A stretch of DNA of 64,000 nucleotides from Flaccisagitta enflata. Lineage: Eukaryota. Each line of letters begins with the position of its first letter. Positions within the stretch are counted from its first letter, which is position 1. Under the pieces are notes generated by a model. It was not told the origin of the DNA, ran no database searches, and saw only the letters and a list, made by a program, of their open reading frames with translations. Shown here piece by piece: positions 12,055 to 29,699 of this stretch. The DNA lies in assembly GCA_965153355.1 (NCBI GenBank), contig OZ231126.1, positions 3,162,001 through 3,226,000 on the forward strand, given 5' to 3'. Made by a program: the position numbers and the translations under genes.

Positions 12055-14806
12055 ATAGAACATACTGGGGGAAAGTTGTAGCAAATTCAATTTCAAGAAA
12101 TGTTCCCTCAAAAAACTTCTCGAAATATTAATATATTAGCAGCAACACATGGAAGTGTGTTTTCATGGCAACCAGCTATTATGGGCAATAAAGCATCCTT
12201 TTATTATCCCATATTTGGAATATCACTCCCCTGGCTTTGTTTATTTTTCTATAATGCTTGCCCCCAATATTTCAGGTATAGACGAGATCTACTGTAGAAT
12301 CTATACAGAGAGTGCTTTGAGTGTCTGCCTGGCGACAAATGATAGTACTGATCAATAGCCTCAAAATGATCACTATCAAGATGTGCATTTCAAAGCTACA
12401 CTGTAACAAACTGTCATGTGTTTATATTCTATTCAACTCTTGTTTCCATTTCTTGATATCAACATTTTCACTTATTCCATGAGTCCTTACTTGGTGCCTG
12501 TTTATAAACTTTACAATGGTCAACAATCTTTATATCAAATCATGTGCGTTAAAGCTACAATATAAGAAAACGTCTTGGACTCTTATTTTTTCCAAGATAG
12601 TATGACATTGTTTATATTGTTGGTATGCTATTATGCATATTGACACACCCAAATGCCCAACGCAGCTAGCTAGCCCCAATGTTTGGGACGGTTCAGAAAA
12701 CTAAAGATAGAATTATGAAAAAATGTGATCACCAACTTACAAAATCTTGACGAAATTTTTGTTTTCTGGAATCAAAAAATTAAATTATGAGATGTTTGAA
12801 ACAACATTTCATTGAATAACTGGAATCAATCCAGTTTGTCACACGTCTCCCATCACAACGAAACCAATAACAATAAGATGGTGAAATCTGTCATCAGGAG
12901 TTCCATGAGTGAAAAAACAAAAAATAATAACAATTCATTTCTACAATAGCCATTCTCACCACTTGTCAAAACATGTAACCCTGATGATAGACTCAACCAA
13001 ATTTAAAAACACAAATAGAACGAAAGTAAGCTTCTTAGCATCCAAGGTGACAATACTTGAAAATTAACAGCATTGAAAAAAAAACAAAACTTGAAAAATA
13101 ACAGGTGACCCAGAGAAAAAGTGCTTCTCATTTCAACACCATCTTATCCACAAGTTAGAAGTTTCAATTGAAATGATGAAACAATTAAAATCATTTGACC
13201 AATCACATAAAACAATATTGAACAATATTGATACGAAAACACTTTTAGGGACCAACAATCAACAATTTCAATCAAGACAACAGCATTGGTCTCTTCACCC
13301 ATTTCATAATTGCATAATGTAACTTTGTGCATTAAAGAATCAGACCTGAAAAGCAATAACTGAGACCATAGATCATAATCAACCACGTCTGAAAGACAAA
13401 TTGTATGTTAGCATCCTTGCAAAAAAAAATTAGACATGCACCTGAGCATTTTGCAATTCTATGTTTATCAAATACACTCTCATGGTACAGTAACATAATG
13501 TTTTAGATCATTGCGCCTGTCAATCATAAAAGAATTATTGTCTAAGCCGTCATATCACTGGAATCTCAAGCATTATTAATTGGCATTCACAAAAACAAGG
13601 CCAACACCTATAAGTCGCATGCGGTACATAAGTAACTTAAGATGATTTTAATTGACTCAGGATGACTTAAAATGACTTAAGATGACTTGAAAATACTAAA
13701 AATGACTTGAAAATACTAAAAACGACTTAAACAACTATATTGACCTTATTAACTTGAGTGACTATGTATATGACTTACAATGACATAGAATGACTTAAAA
13801 TAACTTAGAATGACCTAACATGACTTAGAATGACTTAGAATGAATAAAAATGACTTAAAGTATAATAAAATAGTAAAGTGTGACGGACGGACAGACTGAC
13901 CGACGGACGGACCGACAAAGCATGGTGTAGAGTGTAGAGTGCACGCGACTAAAAACTCAGATCAAGGGGCCAATGATCAGTAATCAAATTTTCATCATGT
14001 TTTTAGACAATCACTCCTATCACCACGAAAATAAAAGTAATCTTGTAAAGGAACAAAGATCAGAGAAAAAGTATGATTTCTATGTTAGTTGTTAGTTTAG
14101 GTTAGTCACTTCCTTTGGTATACATTGAACAAACTAGCAATAAGATGGAATCAATACCTTTATGTTACACACAGAAAATGCTCAGTTAAAGAGCTTAAGT
14201 AATTAGTATGAACCCGTTGAACTTTTTGTACAAAACTTGAACTAGAATCTTTTTAATGGTATAAATATAATCTTGAATTGTGGATTAATTCTAGCGAATA
14301 AATAGGGAATGTAAAGAAAATTATGTCTTACTGTTTAATAGGATTTTATCAATACCGTGAACTATATTAAACATTAGTTAAAAGAATAGAATTAATATAT
14401 AACTTTGGTATGGGTTGATAAAAGAGTAACACCAGAATTCTTGAGCATAAGCCAGAGTCATACCAGGTGATCTACACAACTGTTACTTTCTTTGAATCTC
14501 TTGTATCATTAAAAGACAGGGTATAAATTCTTTGTTTTCAGTAAATTTAATTAAGTGGCTTTTTCTTTATATGCTTATTCTATAATATACTTTAAAAGAG
14601 AAAAAAAGCATTTTGGTCTACCCGGTAGCACAAAGACATTGTAAAGTAACGTCTCATATGAAAAGCATCTCCTCAATTCATTTCAATTTCTCTAGGCAGT
14701 ATTCAGTAAGCCAACTGTGAGATTATTCTAGTCTCTAATTAGCCATTTCTTTGAGTTGTTGTTAATTGGTCATCAATGATCCAACTGCTTGAGTTGCTGT
14801 TGGTCA

Positions 14807-15029
14807 TCAATGATCCAACTGTTTGAGTTGTTGTTCCTCAAGCGGTTGCACGTCGGCGACTTCAAAGAAGACTTGATGCCCATATTTGGCTCTGATGGTC
14901 GTCAATGACCTGAAGAACGTTTCTTTGTCCAAGTAAGAATTGAGGCGCAGAATCAAAGGTGTCAACTCGGAAGCCGAGTATCCGGAGTGAAACGTCAAAC
15001 TAGCGTCCCATGAGCCAACGTTCTTTAAT
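14807..15029 (-). CDS. CCNB3: Cyclin B3 terminal coding exon (end of the C-terminal cyclin fold); upstream exons not found in the window
   Basis: Acceptor CACAG|A at 15030/15029. Translates LKNVGSWDASLTFHSGYSASELTPLILRLNSYL...LTTIRAKYGHQVFFEVADVQPL, matching the cyclin B3 C-terminal signature (W..TL.YYSGY...EL...V..LN......L..I..KYSH.VFFEVA). Followed by a long AT-rich 3' UTR-like region. Confidence 0.8.
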
Positions 15030-15691
15030 CTGTGTCGTGGTTGGAGGGAAGGAAAAAGGGGAGAAAAAAAGGAGGGAATACAAGGTCAAATTGTAAAAAA
15101 AATGCAACAGAAAAACAGCAACGACAACAGAAAAACAACAACAACGAAAACGGAAAAAAAAAACAACAACAAAAACGGAAAAACAACAAGAACCAAAACG
15201 GAAAAACAACAACAACGAAAACGGAAAAACAACAACAATAACAACAACAAAATCAGAAAACAACGACATTAAAACAACAGCAAAAAAAACAGCAAGACTA
15301 CAAGATCAGAATATCGACACCAACAACAGCCGATTACAACAGAAACAATGACAAAAGAAAACAACACAACAATCAAAAAGGTCAAAAGAAACAACAACAA
15401 GTGGCGTTCGCCATAACGTGTTCCACAAAGACTTGATTTGGCATGAAAAAGAAAAGCAATAATTCATTACACAAATCTAATAATAATAACCAGACAAATC
15501 TGTGTTATAGACAATGGCCGCCTGTGGGTGGCCTAACTACCATGCATGGGCGACCTCACTGCCGCCGATGGGCGACCTCCACTACCATCCTGCCGCCTGT
15601 GGTGGCCCCGCCTGTGTGGCCTCACTGCCGCCTGTGGTGGTCACCACCACCTGTGGGTGGTCTCACTGCCGCCTGTGAAGCAGACATTACC

Positions 15692-15730
<39 letters not shown>

Positions 15731-15749
15731 GTGTGTGTGTGTGGAGAGC

Positions 15750-16737
15750 GGTTGTGTGACTCATTGGAAAATACAGGGCTGTGTGACATACATTGGAACA
15801 AACTAGGTGGTGTGATATACATCAAAGAATACAGGGCTGTGTGACATACATTGGAGATATACTGGGTGGTGTAACATACACCGGAGAATTCTGGACTGTG
15901 TGACATACATTGGAAAAAACTGGGTGGTGTGACACACATTGGAGAATTCTGGGCTGTGTGATATACATTGGAAAAAACTTGGTGGTGTGACATACGTTGG
16001 AGAAAACTAGGTGGTGTGACATACATCAGAGAATTCTAGGCTGTGTGACATACACTGGAGAAAACTGGGTGGTGTGACATACATCAGAGAATTCTGGGCT
16101 GTGTGACATACAGCTGAGAAAACTAGGTGGTGTGACATACATTGGAGAATTCTGGGCTGTGTGACATACATCAGAGAAAACTGGGTGGTGTGACATACAT
16201 CAGAGAATTTTGGGCTGTGTGACATACATTGGAGAAACTGGGTGGTGTGACATACATCGGAGAATTCTGGGCTGTGTGACATGACATACATCAGAGAAAA
16301 CTGGGTGTTGTGACATACATCGGAGAATTCTGCGCTGTGTGACATACATCGGAGAAAACTGGGTGGTGTGACATACATATAGGGAGAATTCTGGGCTGTG
16401 CTTGACATGCATGGGAAAAGCTGGGTAGTGCTGACATGTACGTTGGAGAATTCTGGGCGTGTGTCACATGCAAGGAAAAGCTGGGTGGTGTGACATGCAG
16501 TCCAGGTAAAATTCTGGGCTGTGTGACCTACATTGGAAAAAACGAGGGTGAGTGTGACACATACATTGGAGAAATCTGGATGCTGTGACATGCGTTGGAG
16601 AAAACTGGGTGAACTGACATACATCGGCGAATTCTGGGCTGTGTGACATACATCGGAGAAAACTGGGTGGTGTGACATATTTCGAAGAATTCTGGGCTGT
16701 GTGACATACATTGGAGAAAACTGGGTGGTGTCACATA
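15750..16737. repeat. Minisatellite with ~59-bp unit built from two alternating ~29/30-bp GTGTGACATAC subunits
   Basis: Alternating GTGTGACATACATTGGAGAATTCTGGGCT and GTGTGACATACATCAGAGAAAACTGGGTG; noticeably indel-rich around 16350-16620. Confidence 0.95.
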
Positions 16738-17023
16738 CTAAATGTCACATGTCACATGTCACATGTCATACTAAATAAACTAAGTGATGAATATGTTAAC
16801 TGAGTCAATGAAAGACTCAAAAAGGCCCTCTTCATTTATTTTAGTTGGGTATAGTGAGGGATGTTGTCCCACCTGTCATACTACTCAGTACCTTGGATCA
16901 GAGATATTCAGCGGTCTGCATGAAACGACCTCGATTCTATCCTTCAAGGAGTATGGTTTCTTGTAATGTTACCCTCAGGTGATTTGTTGAATTTTAGTAA
17001 CTCTGGTAGCAATAGGTATATAT

Positions 17024-18020
17024 CTATTTTGTAAGTATGGATTGAGGGAATGCCTCGAGCAGCACCTCCCAAATGCGGGAGAAAAGAGCGAAGAATCTAA
17101 AGCGATAAGCTTGGGGAGAGGATTGCCACTTGAGGTGGATGGCACGGACGAGGTGGACAAGTGGAGCAACATTGAATATTGCCGCAATGATGTTACTTTT
17201 TGGCGCGCCTCTTCTGACACGATCAATGATATAAACTTAAACGTTTGCAAGATTTATTTATGAGGATCAATTTATCCTCCAATCACTTAAAATATTGATG
17301 CAAAAATTATCAGTGCAAATGAACGATTGAAAATTGTAAAGCTAAAGAAATTGAAGAAAGGAAAATTTGATTATTAGCAAGCATCTATTTTTTCCCACAT
17401 TCTATAAAAAAAACCTCTCAGTACGCCCTCCCATGACTCAATGCGTCACACGATCAGTTGGCCGATCCAATTGTCGATCCGTATCACATAACTTAATAAC
17501 TAATGTAGTTTGAGAATCATTTTTTCATGTTCCTAATCGTATCACTGCTTGTTTTCAAAAGTCATTTTGGCCAAGGGGCGAGTATGAAGATGGTAGTGAA
17601 GAAACCAAACCACAGTTGGCCTTCATTGTAGTATCTGTAGCCAAGTGCCATGTCAGATCCAATATCTATGAGATAGATAGTGGCGCTCAAGATCAAGTGC
17701 GGAATGAAAATTTTGTCACGAGCCCAACTCAACAGATAGCAGCAGTTGTCTTTACGGCAGACGACAGTGAAGCAACTACAACTGGAAGAGGAATCCATTT
17801 CATGGACCGGATGAGTATGATCTTGAGTTGGATAAATCGGATCACTACCGAAATTGGTGATTCTGCTTATGCTATGTGTGTGGTCGATACATGTAGAAAA
17901 AGAATTAGTGACTTTGCATCGGCAAATCGATGGACACGAACATGAGCAGAAATCGTCGACCATCGAAGACACTGGATTACTACAGCATAGCGAAGCCGTT
18001 GATGCGCGATTAGCAGACAT
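17024..18020 (-). pseudogene. XK-related (XKR scramblase family) gene fragment with disrupted reading frame
   Basis: Segment 1 (17562-18020): YLIDIGSDMALGYRYYNEGQLWFGFFTTIFILAP, the XK N-terminal TM motif, ending in a stop with no clear donor. Segment 2 (17213-17024, after a CAG acceptor): FSRIWEVLLEAFPQSIL, the XK ExxxExxPQxxLQ motif, then frameshift/stop. Either a pseudogene or consensus errors. Confidence 0.65.
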
Positions 18021-19390
18021 TGCCGCTCTTTCAAGTTTCTTACTGGCTGGTAGGCTTTTAAAATCATGGAAAGTTATAGAGGTCGTTCAGACCTGGGAAG
18101 ATAGAATTTACCACAGAAGACAAATAAACTAAGACTGATTTGGAACTAATTAACTAATGAAAAGATGCTTTATTGCCCACGGGTGTTGGTTGTGAAACAC
18201 ATTTCCATGTATTCACGCCAAAGTATCATTATTCTTTTGAGAATTGTTTCAGGGAACAATAATGTTTAGAATTTGATTTATATAACTTTCAGAGAACAAG
18301 AATATTGCTCGTTCGATGGGTTACATGAGCATCACAGGGCTGTCACATAGCATAATTCCTTATATCTACAAAACAAGCACATTTGAGAATACATTGAAAA
18401 GTTTTAGCAAATTTCATTTTAAACAATGTTCCTTCAAAAAATTTCTCAAAATATTGATACTTTTGCATGAATACATAGAAATGTGATTCCATGGCAACCA
18501 ACACCCATAGGCAATAAAGCATCCTTTTATTAGTCTTATATTCAAACATTTAAATTTTAAGTTTATTTGTTTGGCTTTGTAATAATTTCTGCATTAAAAT
18601 CTAGACGATATCATCAGAATAAGGTTAATTAAATATCCTGTTCAAAAATTGATAATAAAAAGCCTTATTGTTAGATGGGAGGACAGCTTATATGTAACTT
18701 GGGTAGATTTGTTCGCCTTTCCATCTATAGGGCAATCTGGCTCCACCTTATTCAGTTTTTGAAGAATTTGAATTTGAATAACGCACAGGTAGCGCGGGAG
18801 CAGGAATGAACGTTACGAAACAAATTCCAGTTCTTAAGTTCTTTAAGTTTAACACGAGGTGCCCGCGAGCAAAATGTCATAAACAAAACCGGTTGGAGCT
18901 GAAATTCTGATATCTTATTCTTTTGAAAAATTTTTTGAAGTAACAATATTATACTCGATAGGAAGTGAGAGAAACAAGCCCAGGCGGGCAACTAGATGCG
19001 TCCTCTGCGTAATATCAGAAGAGGCGTAACCGACGGACGGACGGACGGACGGACAGACGGACGGACCGACCAACCGACCGACCGACGGACAGACCCTCCT
19101 ATAGAGATGCGATGACGCATCTGAAAAGAGGCCGGATAGACAAACACCAAACTTGCAGGGAGCAATCATTCAGATAACTCCCGTTAACGCCGAAAAAGCA
19201 TATAGTGTTACAGATCAACCGACCGATAGACAGATAGGCCAATAAATAGGTATAGCAGATTAAAGAGTCGCATGCACTCAATTCAAAGGCTACACAAACA
19301 AACAAAGAAACACACTCTCACACAAACACCCTAGTAAACATATTTTTACATAGACATAGACACACTCAACACGCATTCAACGTGACTAAC

Positions 19391-22759
<3,369 letters not shown>

Positions 22760-23375
22760 CTGAGTTTAGCATGAATGTTCAAAAACGGATTGAGTTAAAA
22801 AAGTGATATTTTAAAAGAAATGCGCAAAATTCAACACATTCGATGCAATGTTTGTTTACGCCTATTGACCACGAAAACACAAAGAAATTTAAACGAAAGT
22901 TTTTCATTTTCTTAACCTCCCTTACAAAAAAAAAAAAAAAAATGAAGAAAAAAAAAATTAAAAGTGATAATACAAAAAGGGTCAGTCAGTGTAGTTTAAG
23001 TCATAAGTGCTCAGCTTTTTTTCTTTCAAGACTAGCGTCAGGATACAGATGATTTACTGGTTTTTTTATTATCTTTCTTATGCTTGAAATACAAATATCA
23101 GATTGCAAGCCTTGGAAGAAGAAAGTTGAACTCTACCATAAATTTCAAGATAATAAATTGATAACTTAAAACTAAAAAGCGGGGGGACGGGGGAGGGGAA
23201 GGATATAAAGTGGAGGAAGGACCCGGCCAAGGGGGCTAGCATTTCTATGGCCGGGCCTGACTGTAAGATAGACCAAGTTATATTGCGGATCAAGTTTGGA
23301 TAACAGATCATATTATGATGCTTTTTGGAATGTAAGGTAATGCAATGTCATGTCATGCAATGTCATGTCAACTCA

Positions 23376-23506
23376 CTTTTTGGCGGGTCGGGCAGAAAGG
23401 GTTCCGGCTCGTGTCTGGGAGTCATATCGAGATCTACAAAGACGTCTTCATCTTCGGGAACGAGATGTTGCTCTTCTTCCATCGAAATCCGCTTTGAACG
23501 ACCATC
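23376..23506 (-). CDS. Probable isolated coding exon (acidic/Pro-rich), possibly a juxtamembrane part of the PTP gene
   Basis: CAG acceptor, A|GTGAGT donor and open frame DGRSKRISMEEEQHLVPEDEDVFVDLDMTPRHEPEPFLPDPPK. It is phase 1-1, so it cannot splice directly to the phase-0 PTP exon at 22759. Confidence 0.4.
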
Positions 23507-24454
23507 TGATTTGCAAAAACGTACAATAATATATACCGGGTGTCCCCAAAATCTTTTTTACATGGGTTGAACACGATTTTGAATAAAAAGTGTAGTTGAA
23601 TAAGTAGTAATTCTGCGAGCTTATCTTTAAAGTTGACCAAACTGTTTCTAAAATTTGAACTATTATCAAAATGCTGCGAATGGTTTTACTGGCCTCAATC
23701 ACAAATTACCAGTGATGGCTGGTACTAGAAGTGGAGGGAACATTCGGAATTCCGAAATGTTTCGGACAAATGTACATTTTTGTTGTTTTGTTGTTCTGTC
23801 CCTCCCCCAAATGTTCCAAATGATTTGCAACAAGCTCATATGTGGTAATATTAGCACATTTTACGTAATTCCAATCACTAAGTAGCAGTTTTGACCAAAA
23901 AATTGAGAGGTTAATATAAACAAGGTCAAGAAACCTTAGTCGCGTGGTAATAAGGGTAATAAAGGTAATAAAGGTAATAAAGGTAATAAAGGTAAAGGTA
24001 ATAAAGGCAAAGGTAATAAAGGCAAATGTAAAGGTAGAAAAGGTAAAGGTAACAAAGGTAATAAATAAAAATAAAGTACTTAAAGTACCTTTAAGTACCC
24101 TTAAGTGCTTAATGTACCCTAAAATAACCTTATGTACCCTAAAGTACCCTAAATACTTAAAGTACCCTATAGAACCTTTAATACCTATAGTACCCTTAAG
24201 TATCCTAAAGTACCCTAAAGTACCCTTAAGTACCTTTAAGTACTCTAAAGTACCCTTAAGTACCTTTAAAATGAAGACCAAAGCGATATTTCAAAAAAGT
24301 TATGTGACGTGAAGGGACCGACTGACCGACATAGCGGCTTCTAGAGTCGCGTTCACGCGACTAAAAAGGCGCGGTGGTGGTTGCAGTTTGATATGAGCAC
24401 CTGAGGTGACAGGGGTAGCTTGGGTGCTTCACATACAAAAATCTGATCAGTAAT

Positions 24455-25660
24455 TGGGTCCGCGACGGAAGGGGGTTAAAGACCACTAATTTCATAAGAT
24501 CGCTATGACCAAAAGATCACGAACCTTACTAAATGAATCTAAATCAAGAACATATATTGAGTCTTTCCATTTAAAGTCCCTATACCAAGTTTCAAGCAAA
24601 TTGGTTGAAAAATGACAAAGTTATACCCGTTTTTCACTTTTAGGCTGGTAAGCTGGTTGGGTGGTAGGCTGGATGGGTGGTAGGCTGGTTTGACAGAATT
24701 GATAGTATGCAAATGTTGAGTTCCTCCATTGAGAAACTCTTTACCAAGTTTCAACCGATTTGGTTGAAAAATATCAAAGTTAGGCAAGTTTTGCACTTTT
24801 GGGCTGGTAGGCTGGTTGGGTGGTAGGCTGGTTTGACAGGATAAATAGTGTGCATATGTTGAGTTCTTCCATTTAAAGTCTCCATACCAAGTTTCAACCC
24901 AATTAGTTGAAAAATGACAAAGTTATGCAAGTTTTTCACTTTAGGCCAGTTGGCTGGTTGGGTGGTAGGTCGGTTTGGCCGGTTAGCATGCTCAAATGCA
25001 TATAAATCACATACATATGTTGAGTCCTTCCATTTAGAAACTCCATACCAAATTTCAACCAAATCGGTTAAAAAACGCCAAAGTTATGCACGTTTTTCAC
25101 CTTTAGGCTGGTAGGCTGGTTGGGTGGTAGGCTGGTTTGACAGGAAAAATAGTGTGCATATGTTGAGTTCTTCCATTTAGAGACTCCATACCAAGTTTCA
25201 ACCAAATCAGTTGAAAAATGACAAAGTTATGCAAGTTTTTCACTTTTAGGCCGGTTGGCTGGTTGGGTGGTAGGTCGGTTTGGCCGGTTAGCATGCTCAA
25301 ATGCATATAAATCATATACATATGTTGAGTCCTTCCATTTAGAGACTCCATACCAAATTTCAGCCAAATCGGTTGAAAAATGCCAAAGTTATGCATGCTT
25401 TTCACTTTTAGGCCGGTAGGCTGGTTGGGCCGGTTGGGTTGGTCGGATCACAAAAATCGGATAGGATGTAAAGCGCCTTAACCTAGTACAACTTCCCACC
25501 AAATATGAACCAAATCGGTCAAAGCATAAAAAAGTTATCCATTTTTTAAAATCCGTGACGACAACGACGACAACGACAACGACAACAACGACAACGACGA
25601 CGACACCCACCCGCCTTGAATTATAGTCCGCGTCGGAATGATATTCCGTCGCGGACAAAA
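24455..25660 (-). mobile_element. Longer HINE-like element with internal tandem duplications; a degraded related copy lies at about 56630-57470
   Basis: Subterminal inverted pair GTCCGCGACGGAA (24458) / TTCCGTCGCGGAC (25643), a terminal palindrome next to an A-run, internal ~120/180-bp units repeated, and (ACGACA)n. Confidence 0.65.
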
Positions 25661-26061
25661 AGTTTGGCATTTCTTCTTGTCCCGCTTACCCAAGACGGAG
25701 GGACTAATTTCAAGGCCCTGACCCTTTTTAGTCGCGTGCACACGACTCTATGACCCACTCTGTCCGTCTGTTCGTCAGTCCCACTTAGCTTTTTTAGCTT
25801 TTTCGCCGCTCCTGCCCACCCGCACGCGACTTCGACTTGTGTATACGGCCTTGTTATTTTTCCAAAAATAGTCATCTTCTGTTTTTTTAGCAGCCTTCTT
25901 TTATGTCTTAATTTGCATAATACTGTGGGAGATACTGTTGGGCTTCAGTTTATTCCTAACACCATAAACATCTTTCTGTATATCAGCTAAGCCGGTCATC
26001 TGTGTAACAGACAACACCCAAAACATTCACGTCTTTGTTTTGTGGATGATTTTTGATTGAT

Positions 26062-27483
26062 ACGGTCGGGGTCCCCCATTTCAAATATCTCAATTTCAAA
26101 GGTTTTGAAAAATAAACAAAGCCAGATGCACAGCCCATACCAGTTGCGGACGGGTGGGCAGGCACTGTTTAACTTGTGTTCATGGCTGGACCAACAGACA
26201 AACCGACATACAAAACCTCTTATAGAGTTGCGTGTCCGCATCTAAAAATGTACCAATTTTTTCACAAAGTGGTCCTAAAAAGGGTGTAGAATCAGAATAT
26301 CATGTTAATTTTGGTCTTACCTTGGCCAAAAAAATTAGAAACGGTTTTTAGTGGTAAAAACAACTATTTTTACTATATTCAATATTTTTTTTTAGAAACA
26401 TGTTACCGTTATAGTCCATTAGCTACTATGAAAAAAATGTGTTTTTACCCTAATCAGGTCAGGTCTCAAAAATTTGAACTAATCTCATTTTACAGGAGAT
26501 AAATAGATAAAAGGATACTGAAAATGTATACTTGAGAACAGTTTTTAGTCGCGTGCTACGCGACTACACCTCGCTATGTTGGTCCGTTGGTTGGTCGGTC
26601 GGTCAGTCCCCTTTTTGGGCAGCGGCCCCGAAGGGGCCGATGACCTATGCTTTCACACAGGGGAATTTTCTCCTCCTCCTCCTCCAGCGTACCCCCCCCC
26701 CTCAAGGCCCAAATCCTGGCTTCGAGCCTCAAATCCCAGCCTGGAGGCTCAAATCCCAGCCTGGAGGCTCAAATCCCAGCCTGGAGGCTCCAATTCCAGC
26801 CTGGAGGCTCCAATTCCAGCCTGGAGGCTCCAATTCCAGCCTTGAGGCTCAAATCCCAGCCTCAAGGCTCAAATACTAGTCTGAAGGCCCTAATTCTAGT
26901 CTGAAGGCCCTAATTCTAGCCTCGAGGCTCAAATCTCAGCCTCGAGGCTCAAATCTCAGCCTCAAGGCTCAAATCTCAGCCTCGAGGCCCAAATCCCAGC
27001 CTTTCAAATACATACTCAAAAAAGTGTACCCTAATCAGGTCAGGCTCTTGAACTAATCTCATTTTACAGGAGATAAATAGATAAAAGGATACTGAAAATG
27101 TATACTTGAGAACAGTTTTTAGTCGCATGCTACGCGACTACACCTCGCTATGTTGGTCCGTTGGTTGGTCGGTCGCTGACCATCTAACGCTTTTGCGACT
27201 ATTATTTTTTTGGCGTTTTTGAACTGCTGCCCAGATGCCCTAGTGACCTTCTCCAGCACTGCTCCTGCCCACCTGCATGCAACTAGAGTAGCCGTGTATC
27301 CAGCCTTGTTATAATAAAAATGGCCATTTTTAACACAAATAACCGTTTCTAATTTTTTTGGCTCAGGTTTGGTAAAAATGAATATGATATTTTGATTTTA
27401 CACCTTTTTTAAGACTTCTCTGTAAAAATTGGAATCGGTACATTTTTTTTTCTTAGATATTTTCAATGGGGGACTCTGACCGT
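26062..27483. mobile_element. MITE with nested HINE insertions, a 21-bp minisatellite and an internal ~150-bp duplication
   Basis: TIR ACGGTCGGGGTCCCCCATT / AATGGGGGACTCTGACCGT; (GGCTCAAATCCCAGCCTGGA)n at about 26715-27000. Confidence 0.7.
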
Positions 27484-28127
27484 TTTAGGAGCGACAAAGC
27501 ACCTCTACAACTGGCTCTGTCCGTCAGTTGGTTGCTTGGTCAGTTGGTAACGCATTTGTTCGACGATCCACACGTCGCACCTTATTGGCCTACGTGGCCT
27601 TGTTCTTTTGTCTAAGAACAATTGTAAAGACGAAACAAGGCCGGATACACGGCTACCGGAGTCGCGTGCGGGTGGCCAGGGGCCATATTTGAGGTCACCA
27701 GACCATTTGGGCAGGAGCCATGAGGTCAAAGTAATAAAATCATAAAAAAAAAGTAAAGTGTGACCAACCAACCGACCAACAGACAAAGCGGGTTGTAGTC
27801 GCGTGCACGCGACTAAAAAGTCGCGTGAATCTTGCGTGAATCTTGCGTGTATTGGGTACACGGATACTCGGGTACACGGATATACGGCTACCCTAGTCGC
27901 GTGCGGGTGGGCAGGGGCACTTATGGAGGTTTCTGGGACGTTTGGGCAGGAGCAGTGAGCTCAAAACACGCTGAAATACGCTGAAAAAGTATAATAGGGA
28001 CCAACTGACGGATGGCATGACGGATGGACAAACGGACAGACAAAGCGGGGTGCAGAGTCGGGTAGCACTCGACTAAAAATATGTAACCTCTTTTTCTGTG
28101 TTGCTGTTTACCAAATCGCGTACAGTT

Positions 28128-28517
28128 GCAATGAAAATACAATGCGAGGAGCCGCAAAATCTCTAGCAACCCCCCCTGCAGCTTTTAATATGAATATAAT
28201 AGGAGTGAGTGAAATGGTAGATGCTAGTATATTTCAATTCAATTCCCATCATCAAGGCGATTTTTCAATTTTTTCATATTATCTGAGATAATAGCCATAA
28301 TAGGGCAAAATTCAACACTTGCAAAAATAGTTGATTTTGACCCTTTAAAAGGATGTTTCTTGAAAACTAAGTTGAAATAAAAAAATTGCCCCGATCACGA
28401 GAATTCCATTGGGACAAGTTATCAGCTGCTACTTTAAAAGTTAACTTAATATCAATCGTTCAAACTGCAGGGGGGGTTGCTAGATATTTTGGCTGCTCCT
28501 CATTGTATTTTCATTGC
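28128..28517. mobile_element. MITE with ~55-bp TIRs
   Basis: GCAATGAAAATACAATG...CTAGCAACCCCCCCTGCAG is the inverse of CTGCAGGGGGGGTTGCTAG...CATTGTATTTTCATTGC. Confidence 0.7.
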
Positions 28518-29699
28518 CTCTAGATGTAAAATAGAAAATCATCATTTCTATCCGCTTTCTGGCTTTTATACAACTGCAGCGTGACGGAAACTGCACTTTT
28601 TAGATGCGTCCGTCAGGAACGCATCTCTATAAGAGGGTCTGTCCGTCTGCCAATCTGTCCGTTGGTGTGTCCAGTACGCCTCCTTGAAAATCATAGTTTT
28701 CGGCACTTTTCAACCGCGGCAAGGTTACATATCAATCCAAACACTCTTTGAGATGCTCTGAGGTCATTGATCTGTCCGTCGGTCCATCTTAGTGTCCCTC
28801 CATATATCTGGCATGTTCGGCGCCAAATTCAATAACGCAGAGACACAGCCAGGACGCTTCTTTGCGTTGTAGTGCGTAGGTAGAGCAAATTTGGAAAATC
28901 ATTTCGCGTGAAATTCTTAATTTCTCTCTGAATGCAAAATTTTGCGTTTCTAAGAACACGGCCCCTATCTTAAATGTCTTTAGAACAGGGCCAAGTTTTT
29001 AGAAATGCAAATTTATGCATTCGCATATTCACAGATTCAGAATTTCACGTGAGACAAGTCAAAGAATGGAGGCCAATTTTCTTTTTTTCTCAATAGATTA
29101 AACTGATTTTGAAAACATTAATGATTCTCAATGCAAATAGATAAGTAAACTATACTAAAAATATGATTTCTTTTTTAAAAAACTGAATTCAACATATTTT
29201 TTTTTCTCGAATATGATTTGACCATAAAAATTGCACCTTGACTTGCCCGGTCGGGCTTGTTAAGGATGATAGCCGAGCTTAAACAAACAACTTTTTGGCA
29301 GGATGCACGCCTGCCCCAAATCGCGGTTGGGCATGGGCATGGGCCACGCAATTTTGCAAAAAACAACTTGCATCGTAATATTTTTTTCATCTTAAACCAG
29401 TGGGGATAGCTACTAGTATTTGTACTACAAAATGGAAACGGAAGCGAACCTAAAATTGTGTCCTCGGTGAGGACTACTCACCGTATTTATTGTTTTGTTT
29501 TTGTGTTTGCGTTTCTCCTCACCAGACGTTTCCAAATTTTTAGGTGCGACAAAGCACCTCTATAACTGGCTGTGTCCGTTGGTTGGTCGGTTGGTCGGTC
29601 GGTTGGTCGGGTAACGCATTCGTTCGACGATCCATTGGCCTTGTTTTTATTTTGTTTTTTTATTTTTTTTTTTTTATTTTTTTTATTTATTGACTTTTT

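Noticed and set aside
15622-16734. Multiple overlapping His/Cys-rich ORFs
   Set aside because: Translations of the ~59-bp satellite in several frames.
23706-24312. Long ORFs on both strands (VIKVIK / FITFIT)
   Set aside because: Low-complexity 9-10-bp repeats; only about 23706-23880 might be an exon and it could not be assigned.
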